The notes beneath the pieces were generated by a model that worked only from the letters and a program-made list of their open reading frames with translations, made no database searches and was not told where the DNA came from. From Octopus vulgaris (taxonomy: Eukaryota), in NCBI GenBank assembly GCA_951406725.2, contig OX597825.1, positions 85,870,001 through 85,934,000 on the forward strand: a stretch of DNA of 64,000 bases, in the 5' to 3' direction. This document shows positions 14,166 through 29,485 of this stretch, in pieces; position 1 is the first letter of the stretch; each line of letters begins with the position of its first letter. A program made the translations under genes and the position numbers.

Positions 14166-15193
14166 TGTCATTATCATTCCGAATATGCTTGATACAGCAT
14201 TTGTCAACAAGCGAGATGTATTCTCCGTGACAAAACGCAGTTAGTAGCTTGATCCCCAGTTCGAACGTGCATCAAATATATTCGCACATCGTAAGCTCTG
14301 TGTAAGTTCCTGGTGCAAAATGTAAAATTTGTGTTTATGGTTTTTAAATGTGCACTAGGTATTGTTACATCAAGTATACGTTGATACAATTTTGAAATTT
14401 AGATAACCTGTGAGGCAGTAAAGCCGTGGGTTTTTTTTTATCTACGGACCCCTTCGACGACTATTTTACTTTGGTGAACCCTCATACATACGTTCGATGT
14501 TTAACAATTAGTTTTATAGATATTTCTTCCAAAATTTCTATTTTGTTTGTCACACATTCACCTGTGTAGGTTGAACTATGTAAATCGTTCGAAATGCAAC
14601 AAATACATCAAAAGCAAATTTTTTCCAGGAACCCTTAATATACAACTTCCGGCCCCTAATTTACTATTTTCTTTGTGTAGACCCCAAAATTCTTATGCAG
14701 ACCACTTTGTTCATGTCATGGATGCCGATGATGGTCAACAGCTCCAAATAATCAGTGTAAACATGTAGTGTATTTGTAACAATATTTGGTCTCAAGATGG
14801 CGGTGTATTTCACTTCTTATATTTAGATACTCTACGACAAGTTCCTTAAAAAGTTCTTTTCGGCCTTCATCATTAAAGTCCAATTCCTTACCATTAGATA
14901 CAACTGATTCATCCTCGACGTTTGACAACCTGACCATTCGCATAATTTTATGTATCATATTCCAACTTCATTACAACGTGTTCCACGTGAAGATGTCTAC
15001 ACTTTTACATTCTTATCAATAGTTTCTCTTACAACTGCAGTTGTTCAGTTCTGAAATATTACCTGAGGCTAGTCGATGATTGCCTCACCTGCTGATTTTA
15101 AAATCCGTGGAATCATCAACTTCTAAAAGCATTCAATTCGAAAAGAGTGTTTCTGGCAATTGCACCAAACAGCCGAGAAACGCACATATATGC

Positions 15194-15253
<60 letters not shown>

Positions 15254-15515
15254 ATATATATATATACATACATATATATACATACACGCATACATATATA
15301 CATACATACATACATAAATTCATATATACGTATACATATATATATACATATATACATAAATAATATATATATATATATATAAACATACATACATATATAC
15401 ATTTTTATATACACATAGATACAAATATATATCATGCAAAAATATATATACACACACCTATATATACATATATATATATATATATACATACATTTATTTA
15501 TATATGTATATATAT

Positions 15516-15570
<55 letters not shown>

Positions 15571-16310
15571 TATATATATATATACATATATATATATATG
15601 TGTGTATGTGTATGTATGTATATGGAGTGGAGTATGCACGAATGTATATGTGATAAGCCGATAGACGGGCAGACAGGAATACATACGGATGTCTATATAT
15701 GTCCTGTATAAATTAGGAAGAATAAAGGTTAAAATGAAATATCGAGCAAAATTATTTATTTACAGACTGGTAATTATTTGTGGAAACTCGGTAATTATAA
15801 AATAAACTGGAAGTTTCGAGAATATTTATGGAGCCTTCAGTGTGTTGAGAGGAAAGACTAAATATATGCAATCTGTATCACACGTGTGTGTGCTTGTGGG
15901 TGTCTATGTGTGTTTGTGTGTGTATGCGTGTGTTTGTTTGTGTGTGTGTGTGTACGTATATATGTATATATTACAAGCTTTTATATCTTTACACAAAGGT
16001 ACATATATGTGTGTATGTGTGTGTGTAAATACGCAAGTTTATATATTTGAATGTAAAAGTGCATGTATTTATATATGTAAACATACACGCACACACACGC
16101 GCACTTACACACATTCACACACACACACACACACACACACAAAGATAACAGATGATAATGTTCGTAAAAAATGTATTTATATGAAAAGATGCATATAGAA
16201 TTTACATGATTTAATCAAGTCTTATCTTTACACCTGTTTCGTGCGATCGATGATTGGTTAATATGACAATACATATTTTTCAGGCAGATGAAATACAGAG
16301 GTAATATATA

Positions 16311-16670
16311 TACTCTTTTACTCTTTTACTCTTTTACTTGTTTCAGTCATTTGACTGCGGCCATGCTGGAGCACCACCTTTTAGTACTTATTCTATCGGT
16401 CTCTTTTTGCCGAACCGCTAAGTGACGGGGACGTAAACACACCAGCATCGGTTGTCAAGCAATGCTAGGGGGATAAACACATACACATATATATATATAC
16501 ATATATACGACGGGCTTCTTTCAGTTTCCGTCTACCAAATCCACTCACAAGGCATTGGTCGGCCCGGGGCTATAGCAGAAGACACTTGCCCAAGATGCCA
16601 CGCAGTGGGACTGAACCCGCAACTGTGTGGTTGGTTAGCAAGCTACTTACCACACAGCCACTCCTGCGCC
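16311..16670 (-). mobile_element. tRNA-derived SINE family A, near full length
   Basis: Reverse complement has A-box TGGCTGTGTGG, B-box GGTTCAGTCCC, CORE-like TCTTGGGCAAGTG, an internal (TA)n and a (GTAAAAGA)n tail. Confidence 0.92.
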
Positions 16671-16804
16671 TATATATATATATATATTTACTATTAACTT
16701 CTCCTTTAAAAGTGTTTTGCGGTAACATGAAAGTGGGGCAATGGGAAAAAAATGGTTGCGAAACGGTACTATAAATAGTTGCATTTTTCACCATACATGT
16801 AGTC

Positions 16805-17005
<201 letters not shown>

Positions 17006-17419
17006 TGAGACAGAGAGACAGAGAAATTAAATATAGAGATATACAACTGACAATCCAATAATTTATTTATATTACAATATTACATTAAATACTATGAATG
17101 TAATATAACATCATAATAATTATAAAAACCATAAAAGGCCAACAAATTGTTTCGACTAATAAATAATTTTTCTGATATACATAATCACAGTTCCATTATA
17201 TATAAAGTCACCTCAGCATCATGGTTTAGAAAGAGACGAAATTCCGTTGAAAGGACGGCTGGGTTGTAAAATGTAATTCAAATGTCTGCGTATTACGAGC
17301 GTGAGCGATAACTATTCAATCATACATCCTCAAACAATTAAAAAACAACAAAAGTAGTTTAACGGACGACACAGTCATGTAAGTGTAATCCATAACCACC
17401 GAAATACGTACATATACTT

Positions 17420-17454
<35 letters not shown>

Positions 17455-17462
17455 ATATATAT

Positions 17463-17585
17463 CGGGTTTCTTTTCATTTCCGTCTACCAAATGCACTCAC
17501 GATGCATTGGTGGGACCGAGGCGCCACGCAGTGTGACTGAACACGGAACCATGTGGTTGGTAAGTAAACTTCTTACCACACAGCC

Positions 17586-17586
<1 letters not shown>
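17463..17586 (-). mobile_element. SINE family A, 5' half with internal deletion
   Basis: TTTCCGTCTACCAAAT...CGGAACCATGTGGTTGGTAAGTAAACTTCTTACCACACAGCCA. Confidence 0.85.
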
Positions 17587-17616
<30 letters not shown>

Positions 17617-17631
17617 CATATATATATATAC

Positions 17632-17673
<42 letters not shown>

Positions 17674-17787
17674 GTGTGTGTATGTATGTATGTATACATA
17701 TATATACATATACACATATATATGCACACACATACATAGCTAGTTTTTTTTCGGTTGTTAATTACGTTCGAATCTGAAGCCCCTCAC

Positions 17788-17856
17788 ACCACCAAAATAT
17801 TGCCTCGTCCCACCAAATTCTTGCCGCGCCCCACCAAAATATTGTCACGCCCCACT
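17788..17856. repeat. Short ~22-bp tandem repeat (3 copies)
   Basis: CCACCAAAATATTGCCTCGTC / CCACCAAATTCTTGCCGCGCC / CCACCAAAATATTGTCACGCC. Confidence 0.8.
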
Positions 17857-18244
17857 TAAGCAATATTTTATAGGGGGTGGTGATCAGTCACCCGAATCAA
17901 ACTTATCAGATGTTATGAACTACCTTAGTTCATCTCGGTTCATCCTGGATGTCTGTAATAGGATTAAAACGACCTGTGAGTTTTACTTTGGCAGATTAGC
18001 GATTTATACGAGAGAAAATCTTATCTTTGCTCCACTTCACGTCCCGAGCACTGACCTAAGCAATCACATCTCCGTAGAATCTTAACATGGAATCTGAACA
18101 CTTTCAATGCTGACCAATTCTATATTTTCCACTCTTCAAGATCTAATTAACGCACAATTAATTATAAACAAATCAAACCAATTCAAAACCATAGAAATAT
18201 TCTTCTTTGTGCAAACCAATATGGTTATTTATTGTATTGTATTG

Positions 18245-18474
18245 TTCTTTTAATCTTTTACTTGTTTCAGTCATTTTGACTGCGCCTTTAGTCAAACAAA
18301 TCAACCACAGGACTTATTCTTTGAAAGCCTAGTACTTATTCTATCAGTCTCTTTTGCCAAACCGCTAAGTTACGGAAATGTAAACACACTAACATCGGTT
18401 GTCAAAATGATAGTGGGGGACAAACACAGACACACAAATGCATGCATATATATATATATATATATATATATGTG

Positions 18475-18537
<63 letters not shown>

Positions 18538-18683
18538 GACGGGCTTTATTCAGTTTCCGTCTACCAAATCCACTCACAAGACTGTGGTCGACCCGGGGCT
18601 ATAAACATTTGCCCAATGTGTCACGCACTGGGCCTGAACCCGGAACCATGTGGTTGGTAAGCAAGCTACTTACCACACAGCCA
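18245..18683 (-). mobile_element. SINE family A, near full length, expanded internal (TA)n
   Basis: Colinear with 58956-59369; the internal microsatellite spans ~18440-18536. Confidence 0.9.
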
Positions 18684-18814
18684 TATATATATTGGTGTAA
18701 GGGACTTCAAAGTGAGCTTTGAACAAAAATGGTTACAAAATACTGCGATAAATAGCTACACATTTGACCATATATGATATATTTTTTCTTTCAAATACTG
18801 CATTAGTGGGTGTT

Positions 18815-19115
18815 ATATTATCTATTTATCACGTGATCTACCAGACTATCGGTTGTTGTTATACATCACTGATCACAATTGGCTTTGCATCGCTTTCCTT
18901 TTCTAATGATACTACCCTGCTGCCTAGGCGGGCGGGACAACGTTCTTGCCCCTTAGTCCATTGCAGGGGTGGCCCCTTTACAGGTGAGTAGACTGGAACA
19001 GTGTGAAATAAAGTGTTTTGCTGAAGAACAACACCCGCCTCTCGGTCCGGGAATCGAAACCACGATGTAGTGATCGTGAGTGCAAAGCCCTCATCACTAG
19101 GCCACGCGCCTTCAC
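18815..19115 (-). mobile_element. tRNA-derived SINE, head C with tail 1
   Basis: Minus strand: GTGAAGGCGCGTGGCCTAGTG (A-box)...GTTTCGATTCC (B-box)...AGCAAAACACTTTATTTCACACTGTTCCAGTCTACTCA, followed by a tail not shared with the other C copies. Confidence 0.8.
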
Positions 19116-19598
19116 TATTATCTCTCCCTATATAATTATGTGTGGCTAAAGTTGAGAGAGAGAGAGAGAAAGAAAGAGAGAGAGAGAGATCTCATTTTAT
19201 GAAAATAACTGAAGCTAAAGTACAAATCCCGGTCACAAATAGATGCGATTGCACTTAACAACCAACAAGACATCAGCGTTGTGTTTGTGCTGAGATCTTA
19301 CAGTAAATATGTATGTTATTCCCAACGTGTATTTTGCATCCGAGCTTCTTGTCGTTTGTGTATCATTGTTAAGACTTCGTAACACAATAGCGATATCGAC
19401 CTCTTCAATCATCTTCATGCATTGATCTGTTTTAGGAATGTTTAAACAGATAGGAATTTATCTTTAGAAATCGTAATCTTGAAGCAATCATTGCTATTTG
19501 TCAGCGGTTAAGATTTCCTGTAGATACAATTACATGAATTATATTAAATATGGAGGGTAATAATATTAAATTTGAAGAATAATATCAAATATGAATTC

Positions 19599-19643
<45 letters not shown>

Positions 19644-19649
19644 CCATCA

Positions 19650-19740
<91 letters not shown>

Positions 19741-19744
<4 letters not shown>

Positions 19745-19848
19745 TAGTTTTATTTTTATAGCGTGCTTTCACTTCACTACCGAGCGCAGCTCTGTGTGCC
19801 TTGGGTATGTGCTGTGATTTGTTGTGATGCCCTGATGGTTACTGAAAG
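19741..19848 (-). mobile_element. Short 3' end of R4/Dong-like LINE family 1 inside (TAA)n
   Basis: Reverse complement matches ~21582-21688 apart from two substitutions and a 6-nt indel; bracketed by (TTA)n on both sides. Confidence 0.92.
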
Positions 19849-19850
19849 AG

Positions 19851-19907
<57 letters not shown>

Positions 19908-19909
19908 CA

Positions 19910-20270
19910 TAAGAAAAGAACAACAACCACACGCAAGACAAAATCAATTCAATAATACAACCCAAATGAAACAGCCCACAAACACAAAACAAATTCTATA
20001 CAATAAAATAAATAACTCCCACAACATGATGTTCTCTAGAGGTCGGATACCCAACAAAAGAACCCAACTCGCATCACAAATACATGATACAAAAGCTATT
20101 ACAACGAAAGACTGTAACCCAAACTCCATCACAAAATAAACAGATGCAATACAATACTGGGAAGAGTTCGTATTCCCCTCCTACACCAAAGAGCATCACA
20201 CAATGCTGCAGTATGGAGGTTTAACATGTGATGCAACAGAAATTTACTTGAAGCTATCAACCGTCGAACA
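19910..20270 (+). mobile_element. 3' UTR of R4/Dong-like LINE family 2 with (TAA)n tail
   Basis: CTCTAGAGGTCGGATACCCAACAAAAGAAC and CCATCACAAAATAAACAGATGCAAT resemble 55884-55984, which follows a decayed REL-endonuclease ORF. Ends in (TAA)n. Confidence 0.6.
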
Positions 20271-20312
20271 ATAATAATAATAATAATAATAGTAATAATA
20301 ATAATAATAATA

Positions 20313-20703
20313 ATCATTTCTATTGAAGGCACAAGGCCTTGAAATTTTGTTGGAGGTGACTAGTCGATTGTATCGACCCCCAGTATTCAACTGGTACTTA
20401 ATTTATCAACCCCAAAAGGTTGAAAAGCAAAGTCGACCTCGGCGGAACTGAACTCAGAACGTAGCGGCAGACGAAATATCTACCCATAAGGGACTAAACA
20501 CAGAGAGGACAAACAAGGACAGACAAACGGATTAAGTCGATTAGATCGACCCTAGTGCGTAACTGGTACTTATTTAATCGACCTCGAAAGGATGAAAGGT
20601 GGAAAGTCGACCTCGGCGGAATTTGAACTCAGAACGAACGGCAGACGAAAAGCCGCTAAACATTTCGCCCGGCGTGCTAACGTTTCTGCCAGCAGGGTTG
20701 CCT
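20313..20703 (-). mobile_element. Dimeric SINE family B
   Basis: Two tandem copies of the B-box plus CCTTTCATCCTTTCG.GGTCGAT.AA.TAAGTACCAG domain with different tails; (TTA)n 3' tail. Confidence 0.9.
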
Positions 20704-21719
<1,016 letters not shown>

Positions 21720-21909
21720 AATGAAAACATAGACATATTGATTCCCTTGAAAGAAAACGCCATTTTGTTTTGTACGAGACAACGGGTCAGTAAAGTGCCA
21801 AAATGCATAATACGCTTGGTTTACATAGCGTATATATTTGGGTTATACAACGTGTATATTGAGTGTATACAATGTATATACTTAGTTTATACAGCCTACA
21901 TATATAACG

Positions 21910-22263
21910 GGTGTTTAGGGCAGCGGACTCGCGGTAGTAGGATCGCAGTTTCGATTCCCAGACCGAGCGTTGTGAGTGGTTATTGAGCGAAAACACCTAA
22001 AATTCCACGAGCCTCCAGCAGGGGTGATGGCGAACCCTGCTGTACTCTTTCACCACAATTTTCTCTCACTCTTTCTTCCTATTTCTGTTGTATTTCAAAG
22101 GGGCCAGCCTTTTCACACTGTGTCATGCTGAATCTCCCCAAGAACTACGTTAAGGGTACACGTGTCTGTGGAGTGCTCAGCCACTTGCACATTAATTTCA
22201 CGAGCAGGCTGTTCTTTTGATCGGATCAACTGGAACCCTCGTCGTCGTAACCGACAGAGTGCC
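21910..22263 (+). mobile_element. tRNA-derived SINE with a different body but tail 3
   Basis: B-box GTTTCGATTCC. The 3' part AATTTCACGAGCAGGCTGTTC...CGTCGTAACCGACAGAGTGCC is shared with 58320-58625. Confidence 0.8.
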
Positions 22264-22984
22264 GTAGTAATATAACAGGTTCCGGAAAATCCGTGTTGCA
22301 TGTGTATATCATTTTCCACTCTGAGTCTGAACACAGCTGCCTGTATATAACAAGTTTTCTCTTTCTAGTTCTGCGGCGATCACAGTTAATTCTTTCCTCG
22401 TATTTCTAATGTATTTAACAAGAGTACATTTATCAAATAGTTCCGCTATCTGTTACCAGGGATAATCTTTCGCGATTCATGATTCGTGCTGATATATGAG
22501 AGAGAGAGGGAAAAAGAGAAAGAGGGAAGAAATAAATAAACTATTAATTATCAAACAACACAAAAATAAACATCAATTAAATGGAAACAAATAAAAAAAA
22601 ATATCAACAGGTAATTGAACAAAGAAACAAAACAAAAACGATATAGAGAAGATATTTTTTTTATTCCCCAGGAAAAATAAAAAACGGTCTTAATGGTGGC
22701 CAGAATAAATATGCCTGGGGCTCAGAAAGGCAGGAACACGATAGATTTCCAATCGATGGAACCATTTTACATACCATGTAGCTAATGTTGTCAGAGAGGA
22801 AAGAACGTTAGGATTTACCATTTCCTCTCCACTTCAAAGAAATAATCAAACAATTATTAATCTTAATGTTATATTAATGGTATACAACAATAACAACAGC
22901 AACCAAAACGAATGGTTCTTTGAGATAATGATAGACGTTAGATAAAGCTTACACAAATACATATGCCTACATACACGTATATTT

Positions 22985-23592
22985 ACATACATAAATACAT
23001 ACATACATAAATAAATATATACACATGCATACACATATTTATATATACATATATAAACATACACAAATGTACATGCGTACATACATACATAGATACATAC
23101 ATACATAAATACATACGTACATACATACATAAATACATACATACATACATACATACACACACACATACATACATACAAACATACATACACACATACATAC
23201 ATACATACATACATACCTACATACATAAATACATACATACATACATACATACATACATACATACATACATACATAAATACATACGTACATACATACATAA
23301 ATACATACATACATACATACATACACACACACATACATACATACAAACATACATACACACATACATACATACATACATACATACATACATACATACATAA
23401 ATACATACATACATACATACATACTTACATACATACATACACACACGCATACATACATACAAACATACATACACACATACATACATACATACATACATAA
23501 ATACATACATACATACATACATAAATACATACATACATACATACATACTTACATACATACATACATACTTACATACATACATACATACATAC

Positions 23593-23623
<31 letters not shown>

Positions 23624-23640
23624 CATACATACATACAAAC
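22985..23640. repeat. (TACA)n array with higher-order duplications
   Basis: The variant block ACACAC(A/G)CATACATACATACAAACATACATACACACATAC recurs at ~23155, ~23325 and ~23440. Confidence 0.95.
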
Positions 23641-24314
23641 TCGTTCAAAGTAATGGTTACCACTGAAATATATAATAGATTTGAAAAATATACACAATGT
23701 TGGAAAATGGAGGGAGATGCGTGAGGGTATGTGTGTGTGTGTGCGTATGTACATGTACATGTGTGTAATGTGTGTATATGTGTATGTATGTATGTATGTA
23801 TGTATGTGTATGTGTGTATGTATGTCTGTGAGTGTGATTTTCTGCCTTTGTGAGTATTTGTGTATGCGTTTGTGAATATCTGCGCGTATTTATGAGTGTG
23901 TGTGTGTGTGTGTGTGTGGATATATGTGGGTGAGTATACATGCATGTATTTTTGTCTGTGTATGTACGTATGCACGGTTATCGATGTGTGTATATGTGTG
24001 TTTGTATGTGTATGTTTGAATGTGTAGCTATCTGAGTGAATGGTTAGCTATATGCGTGTATATGTGAGGTTATTTGGTGTGTGTTTGTGTTTGTGTGTGT
24101 GTGTGTGTGCGTGTGTGAGTGTGTGAGTGTGTGTGTATGTGTGTGTGTCTGTGTGTGTGTGTGTGAGTGTGTGAGGGTGAGTGAGTGAGTGTGTGTGTGG
24201 GTGAGTATATTTATGTATCTGAATATTTTAAAAATAGTTATAGAAATATTTACGTTCAGAGAGAAAGAGTAATTTAAAGAGAGAGAGGGATAAAGAAACA
24301 GAGAAAGACAGAGA

Positions 24315-24354
<40 letters not shown>

Positions 24355-25001
24355 GGGGGAAGAGAAGTTTAGAGATGGAAATAAAGATCAGAAAAGAGAT
24401 ATAAGTTTAGAAAGCTAAACAAAGAAAGAGAGAAAGCTAGTGAGAAAGACAGAGAGAGAGAGAGGAAGAGAAAGATAGAGAGGGAGAGAGAGAGAGAGAG
24501 AGAAGGTGTGTAAATAAGTACAGATGGTTAAGAAAGAGGGAAAGTCATCAATGAGTGATATACTGAGCATGTTGAGAAAAATGGCGAGGTGTATGTGTGC
24601 GTTTGTGGATGTATGGAGGTGTATGTATGAGTATATGTGTCTGTATATATATATATATATATATGTGAATAAATATTGTATGTGTGTGTGTGTCTATGTG
24701 TGTGTGTTTGTGTGTGTCACGGATATGTATGAGTAATTTAGATTCGATACACGAAAATTTAAAATTTAAATGCTTTAAACAAATGAATCTCATACGCGAA
24801 TTCATAAATGCAACATCCTACACACACACACACACATTCGTGTCTACGTGTGTGTGTGTATATATATGTGTGTATATATATGCTACATACATTCTTTCAC
24901 CCATTTCGGTCATATCAAAATATCTTATACATATATTCATGTGCATGCTTATATTTGCATATACATTTGTGTGGTGCATATATATAATATACATATATGT
25001 A

Positions 25002-25057
<56 letters not shown>

Positions 25058-25069
25058 TTATAATATAAG

Positions 25070-25490
25070 CGGCTGTTAAAATTCAATATCAATAGACTTC
25101 AGAATAAAGAATTAATCGCTTACATAGTGTAATATAAAATTAAGTAAGTGACAAATGTACAGGATATGATGTAATGAACTTCATTTCCTTACATCTGTTT
25201 CCACTATAGGAGGCAGTGCTTGTTCATCAACTTACAGCTTCCTCAGAGCTTCTAAAATGAAGTGTAAGGTAATTTGGGGATGCATTTACATAACTGGAAA
25301 TTATCACCATCGAAAGCGAATTTTTTCTATGTATGCACATGGTTTTCCAAATTAATTTTCTCTTCATTTCAGAAGGTCGGGTAATGAACAATTATCCAAC
25401 TCTGAAACAGCTGTAAGCTAATGAAGTTCGCCGCGTAATTTTCCGTTCGTGTGTCAGTAATTTATTTTCATATATAATTATTTGTATATT
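25070..25490. mobile_element. Penelope pLTR-like segment with two oppositely oriented hammerhead-like motifs
   Basis: Minus 25186-25250: CU-CUGAGGA-...-GAAAC-AGAU-GUA-AG. Plus ~25366-25417: stem GUCGGGUAAU/AUUAUCCAAC then GAAAC-AGCU-GUA-AG with a decayed CUGA box. Confidence 0.55.
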
Positions 25491-25879
25491 ATACATACAT
25501 ACATACATACATACATACATACATACATACATACATACATACATTCATACACACATACGTACATACATACAGATAGTTTTTAGGTTAGAGACGAGTATTC
25601 TTTATATAGTATACACTTCGAATTGCTCAAGAGATTTGAACTTGAGCCGGTAAATGAGGAAATGTAAGGACAAGCAAGTTAGGCAAATCGATTTACATAG
25701 AATAGTAAATACATTTAATTGAAAAAACGTACATGTGTATGGATATAAAATAGTCTGACTTACACAGAATATATATGATATCAGTTAAATAGGATGAGTT
25801 TTACGAGTCCATTACCCAACCCATTTAACACCTGATATCATTTATATTCTGTATAATTCGGACAAACTTTTATCCATAC

Positions 25880-26430
25880 ACATATGCGTTTTTCGAGTGC
25901 TGCTAGTAACATGTAACCCAGTACAACCTGTTGCATGGTCGGGTCGTCGGCGACTAAACCGGCAACCCCACCAAGCTTGCTTGGTGAGGAGGATGTTTAT
26001 TGGACACCCTGCGAGATGAAAAACAAAACCCGTCAAAGGGCGGAGGAACTCTTGAGAGTCAACGGCCATCCAATAAATGTCTTTAGGCTGTATCGTGCGC
26101 GGGGACAGAAATAATCGGACTGAATACCCGATCGCGCGCTTAAACCATTGGGAGTGAAGGACACCTAGCCTTTGTTAGGGCATCCTTCTAGGAGAAGGCA
26201 ACTCAGGTAACTGGGATAACTCCGACATAAAACCTACGGCTCAGTGGTTACCGATGAAGTTGAATTGTTCTTCTTTTCGGATTATGGCTGCTGTTGCTTA
26301 GTGAGTGGGATTGACTCAGTGCACAGCCTTTCCTCACTTTAAAAATATCTTCTTGCACAGGCATTGCACGATAACAACATTGATTAAGCTTCGTGCAATG
26401 TCCATACTCGATAACGAGGGGGCACCTACT
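25880..26430 (+). mobile_element. Non-autonomous RTE-like element (5' UTR plus 3' end, no ORF)
   Basis: GGGCATCCTTCTAGGAGAAGGCAACTC...AAACCT resembles the conserved RTE 5' UTR motif. Terminal hairpins GCATTGCACGA/TCGTGCAATG and CTCG-ATAA-CGAG. GC-richer than the flanks. Confidence 0.6.
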
Positions 26431-26522
26431 ATATATATATATATATATATTATTACTACATATATATATACATATATATATACACACTAACATACTTTTA
26501 TACATATATCATATATACATAT

Positions 26523-26575
<53 letters not shown>

Positions 26576-26830
26576 ATATATATTTACACGCGCGCGGGTA
26601 GGCATGCATATAATATATATAAATTTACGAATATATGTGTGCCTGGCCCTGAGAGTGTATATATGTGTATGTGCTCATGCGTTTGTATGCGGGCGCAACT
26701 GCTTACAAATAAAGCTGGTTGGCTTTCAAATACACAATTTTGATCTATATCCATAACGTTCACTTTTTTACGTAAATACTATTGATTCAGCTTTATATTC
26801 ACCTCGGTAAATGTATATGCACAATGTATA

Positions 26831-26873
<43 letters not shown>

Positions 26874-26911
26874 CATACATACATACATACATACATACAT
26901 ACATACATACA

Positions 26912-26943
<32 letters not shown>

Positions 26944-27191
26944 AAATGCATATAACGTGAATATATCTGTGAAATCGAAAGCACACACACACACACACTC
27001 ACACATATATATATGGTTAGGTATGAAGGTGTGTGTCGGCGTGCGCGTGTGTGTTTCCATGCACGTATCTCAGAAGTTTGTGGGGTGTGGGGTGAGCGTA
27101 GATAAATATGTTTACATTGAAAATAGCACACGGTTCTATTATAGGCGATCCGTCCTTATTTTTCATTAGAAACTTTTCCACAAAATATATA

Positions 27192-27242
<51 letters not shown>

Positions 27243-27637
27243 TGTGTGTATATACACTTACATATATGTATTTATATATGCTTATACAAATAAAAATCCA
27301 CACACACATATATATATATTACTACACACATACACAAAGATGTTTATAAATATATGTCTATGTGTGTTTATATATATATTTATATATATATATATATGTG
27401 TGTGTGTACGTGTGTGTGTGTGTGTGTGTATGTGTGTATGGGGGGGTGCATGTCTGGAAATGTACGAGTGTTTGTGTATGAATTCCTTTCAAAGGAGATA
27501 TCCTTTTTACGCATCCTGACATACAATAGGCTTTATTTATAGGGAAAGGCAAGGAGCGGGACATAAACAAACACGCCAAGACTGGTAAGTTGCATAATCG
27601 CCATACATGCATACGTACATATATATATGTTTGTATC

Positions 27638-27805
<168 letters not shown>

Positions 27806-28308
27806 ATATATGTATATATAAACACACACATATATATACACACATATATAGACATATATTATATAAATTTATACGTATATATATATGTATATACGTATCT
27901 ATATATATATACATACATACATATATATATATGTATGTATGTAAATATCTGTGTGTGCGTATATGTGATATTTAGGAATTTTTAATGTACTTCTTCATGT
28001 TACCAGCTCTACCCCCTCCCACTATACCCCTCCCACTTCGGCAATGATTCCTATGCACTGCCCATTCCTCCGACTATACTTCCCCCACTCCCATGACTTC
28101 CTCCTATCTATTTATATATCCCTCCCTTTCACTTTCTTCACTTCACCCACTCTCTCTCTCTTCCTCGTTTCTCTTTCTCCCTCTCTCGCTATATATATAT
28201 ATGTGTATGTGTGTATATATATATATATGTGTGTGTGTGTGTAAATATATATGTATGCATATGTAAGTATATATATATACATGTATATATATAGCGAGAG
28301 AGAGATAA

Positions 28309-28354
<46 letters not shown>

Positions 28355-28475
28355 CCCCACACAATCATATATGTAAATAGATAGGTATATATGCATATAA
28401 ATATATTTATATTTTTATGTATAAATGTTGCATATGTACGTATATGTGTGTATATATATAATATGCATACGCATG

Positions 28476-28525
<50 letters not shown>

Positions 28526-28637
28526 TATACATATATATATGTATATATATATATATATATATACATATATATGCATGTAAGAATATACATATATATACAT
28601 ATACATATATGTATACATATTTATGTGTGCGTGTGTA

Positions 28638-28668
<31 letters not shown>

Positions 28669-28852
28669 CACACACACATATACCCATCACATATTTTTTT
28701 CATAAAATCAATTATATATCGATTTATCGTTTTCTGATCCGTTTTTATTCTTCGATTCATATTTCCTTTTTCTTTTGTATTTGATAATTTTCAACTCCTT
28801 TATATATTCCAATTGAATAAAAGGAAATCTGAATTATATACATACACATACA

Positions 28853-28933
<81 letters not shown>

Positions 28934-28954
28934 GTATATATGTATATATATAGG

Positions 28955-29008
<54 letters not shown>

Positions 29009-29426
29009 CATATATATATATATGTGTATATAGATATATACATACATATATATATATATTTTACATATATATATACGTGTATATATATTTCATGCAGGTT
29101 TTATGTTTCACGCAGGTTTCAAAGGACTGGAGGCTACTTCTCCCGATGTGGTTTATATTCGCCTCGGCGTTTGTTGATGTGGTTTTATGGCATAATTGTT
29201 GATGATGATGATGCCGATGCTGATGAGGAGGAGGGGGAGAAGGAGATGGAGGAGGAGGAAAAAGAAAAGGACGAGGAGGAAAAAGAAAAGGACGAGGAGA
29301 AAGAAGAGGAGGACGACGACGACGAAGAGGAGGAAGAGGATGCACTTTATACTATGTGATTGTACACAATGTGATTGTGTGTATGCTAGTATACGTATAT
29401 ACCCGCACACACACACATATACACAC

Positions 29427-29481
<55 letters not shown>

Positions 29482-29485
29482 CATA

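Noticed and set aside
14410-14710. Possible hAT-type MITE with repeated GGACCCC-like motifs
   Set aside because: No clear TIR pair or 8-bp TSD.
28940-29359. Acidic poly-D/E ORF
   Set aside because: Built from (TA)n plus (GAT/GAG/GAA)n repeats.
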